Assembly (NCBI RefSeq): GCF_028368995.1
Contig: NZ_JAQNDL010000001.1
Coordinates: 288,001-352,000, forward strand
Direction: 5' to 3'
Source: Nannocystis bainbridge
GTDB taxonomy: Bacteria; Myxococcota_A; Polyangia; Nannocystales; Nannocystaceae
Length of the DNA stretch: 64,000 bases
The notes under the pieces are model-generated. The model saw nothing but the letters and a program-made list of their open reading frames with translations. It searched no databases and was not told the DNA's origin. Every line of letters starts with the position of its first letter. The first letter of the stretch is position 1. Positions 63,995 to 64,000 of the stretch are shown here, in pieces. The position numbers were made by a program, and so were the translations under genes.

Positions 63995-64000
63995 GCGCAT

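Overview
Very GC-rich myxobacterial chromosome segment. Nannocystaceae-like origin is inferred from MYXO-CTERM sorting signals, Cys-rich myxobacterial repeats and several Ser/Thr kinases. It carries the 3' part of an Mrp-type antiporter operon with three MrpD-like paralogs, a VIT-vWA lipoprotein, three Ser/Thr kinases (one a probable pseudokinase), a phosphosugar mutase, speE, two QExxH metzincin-like MYXO-CTERM proteins, ppa, an Nma111/DEG7-type duplicated HtrA protease, a TonB-dependent receptor, hrcA-grpE-dnaK-dnaJ, a LysR/pirin pair, hemW, a degenerate Thg1-like protein, gpsA, an orphan flavin-dependent halogenase-like gene, an OPT transporter, pyrB-carA and terC. The most striking unexplained structure is a dispersed family of palindromic GGACATGTCC-N4 units in a 14-bp register at about 30 loci. 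The arrays sit mostly just after stop codons, some lie in frame inside genes, and some appear to have been written into conserved coding motifs by substitution. An unrelated 8-copy CGAAATCA(G/T)TCG array lies upstream of hrcA, which has no visible CIRCE. No tRNA, rRNA, transposase or true CRISPR array was recognised. Family assignments come from motif recognition and recall; no database searches were run.
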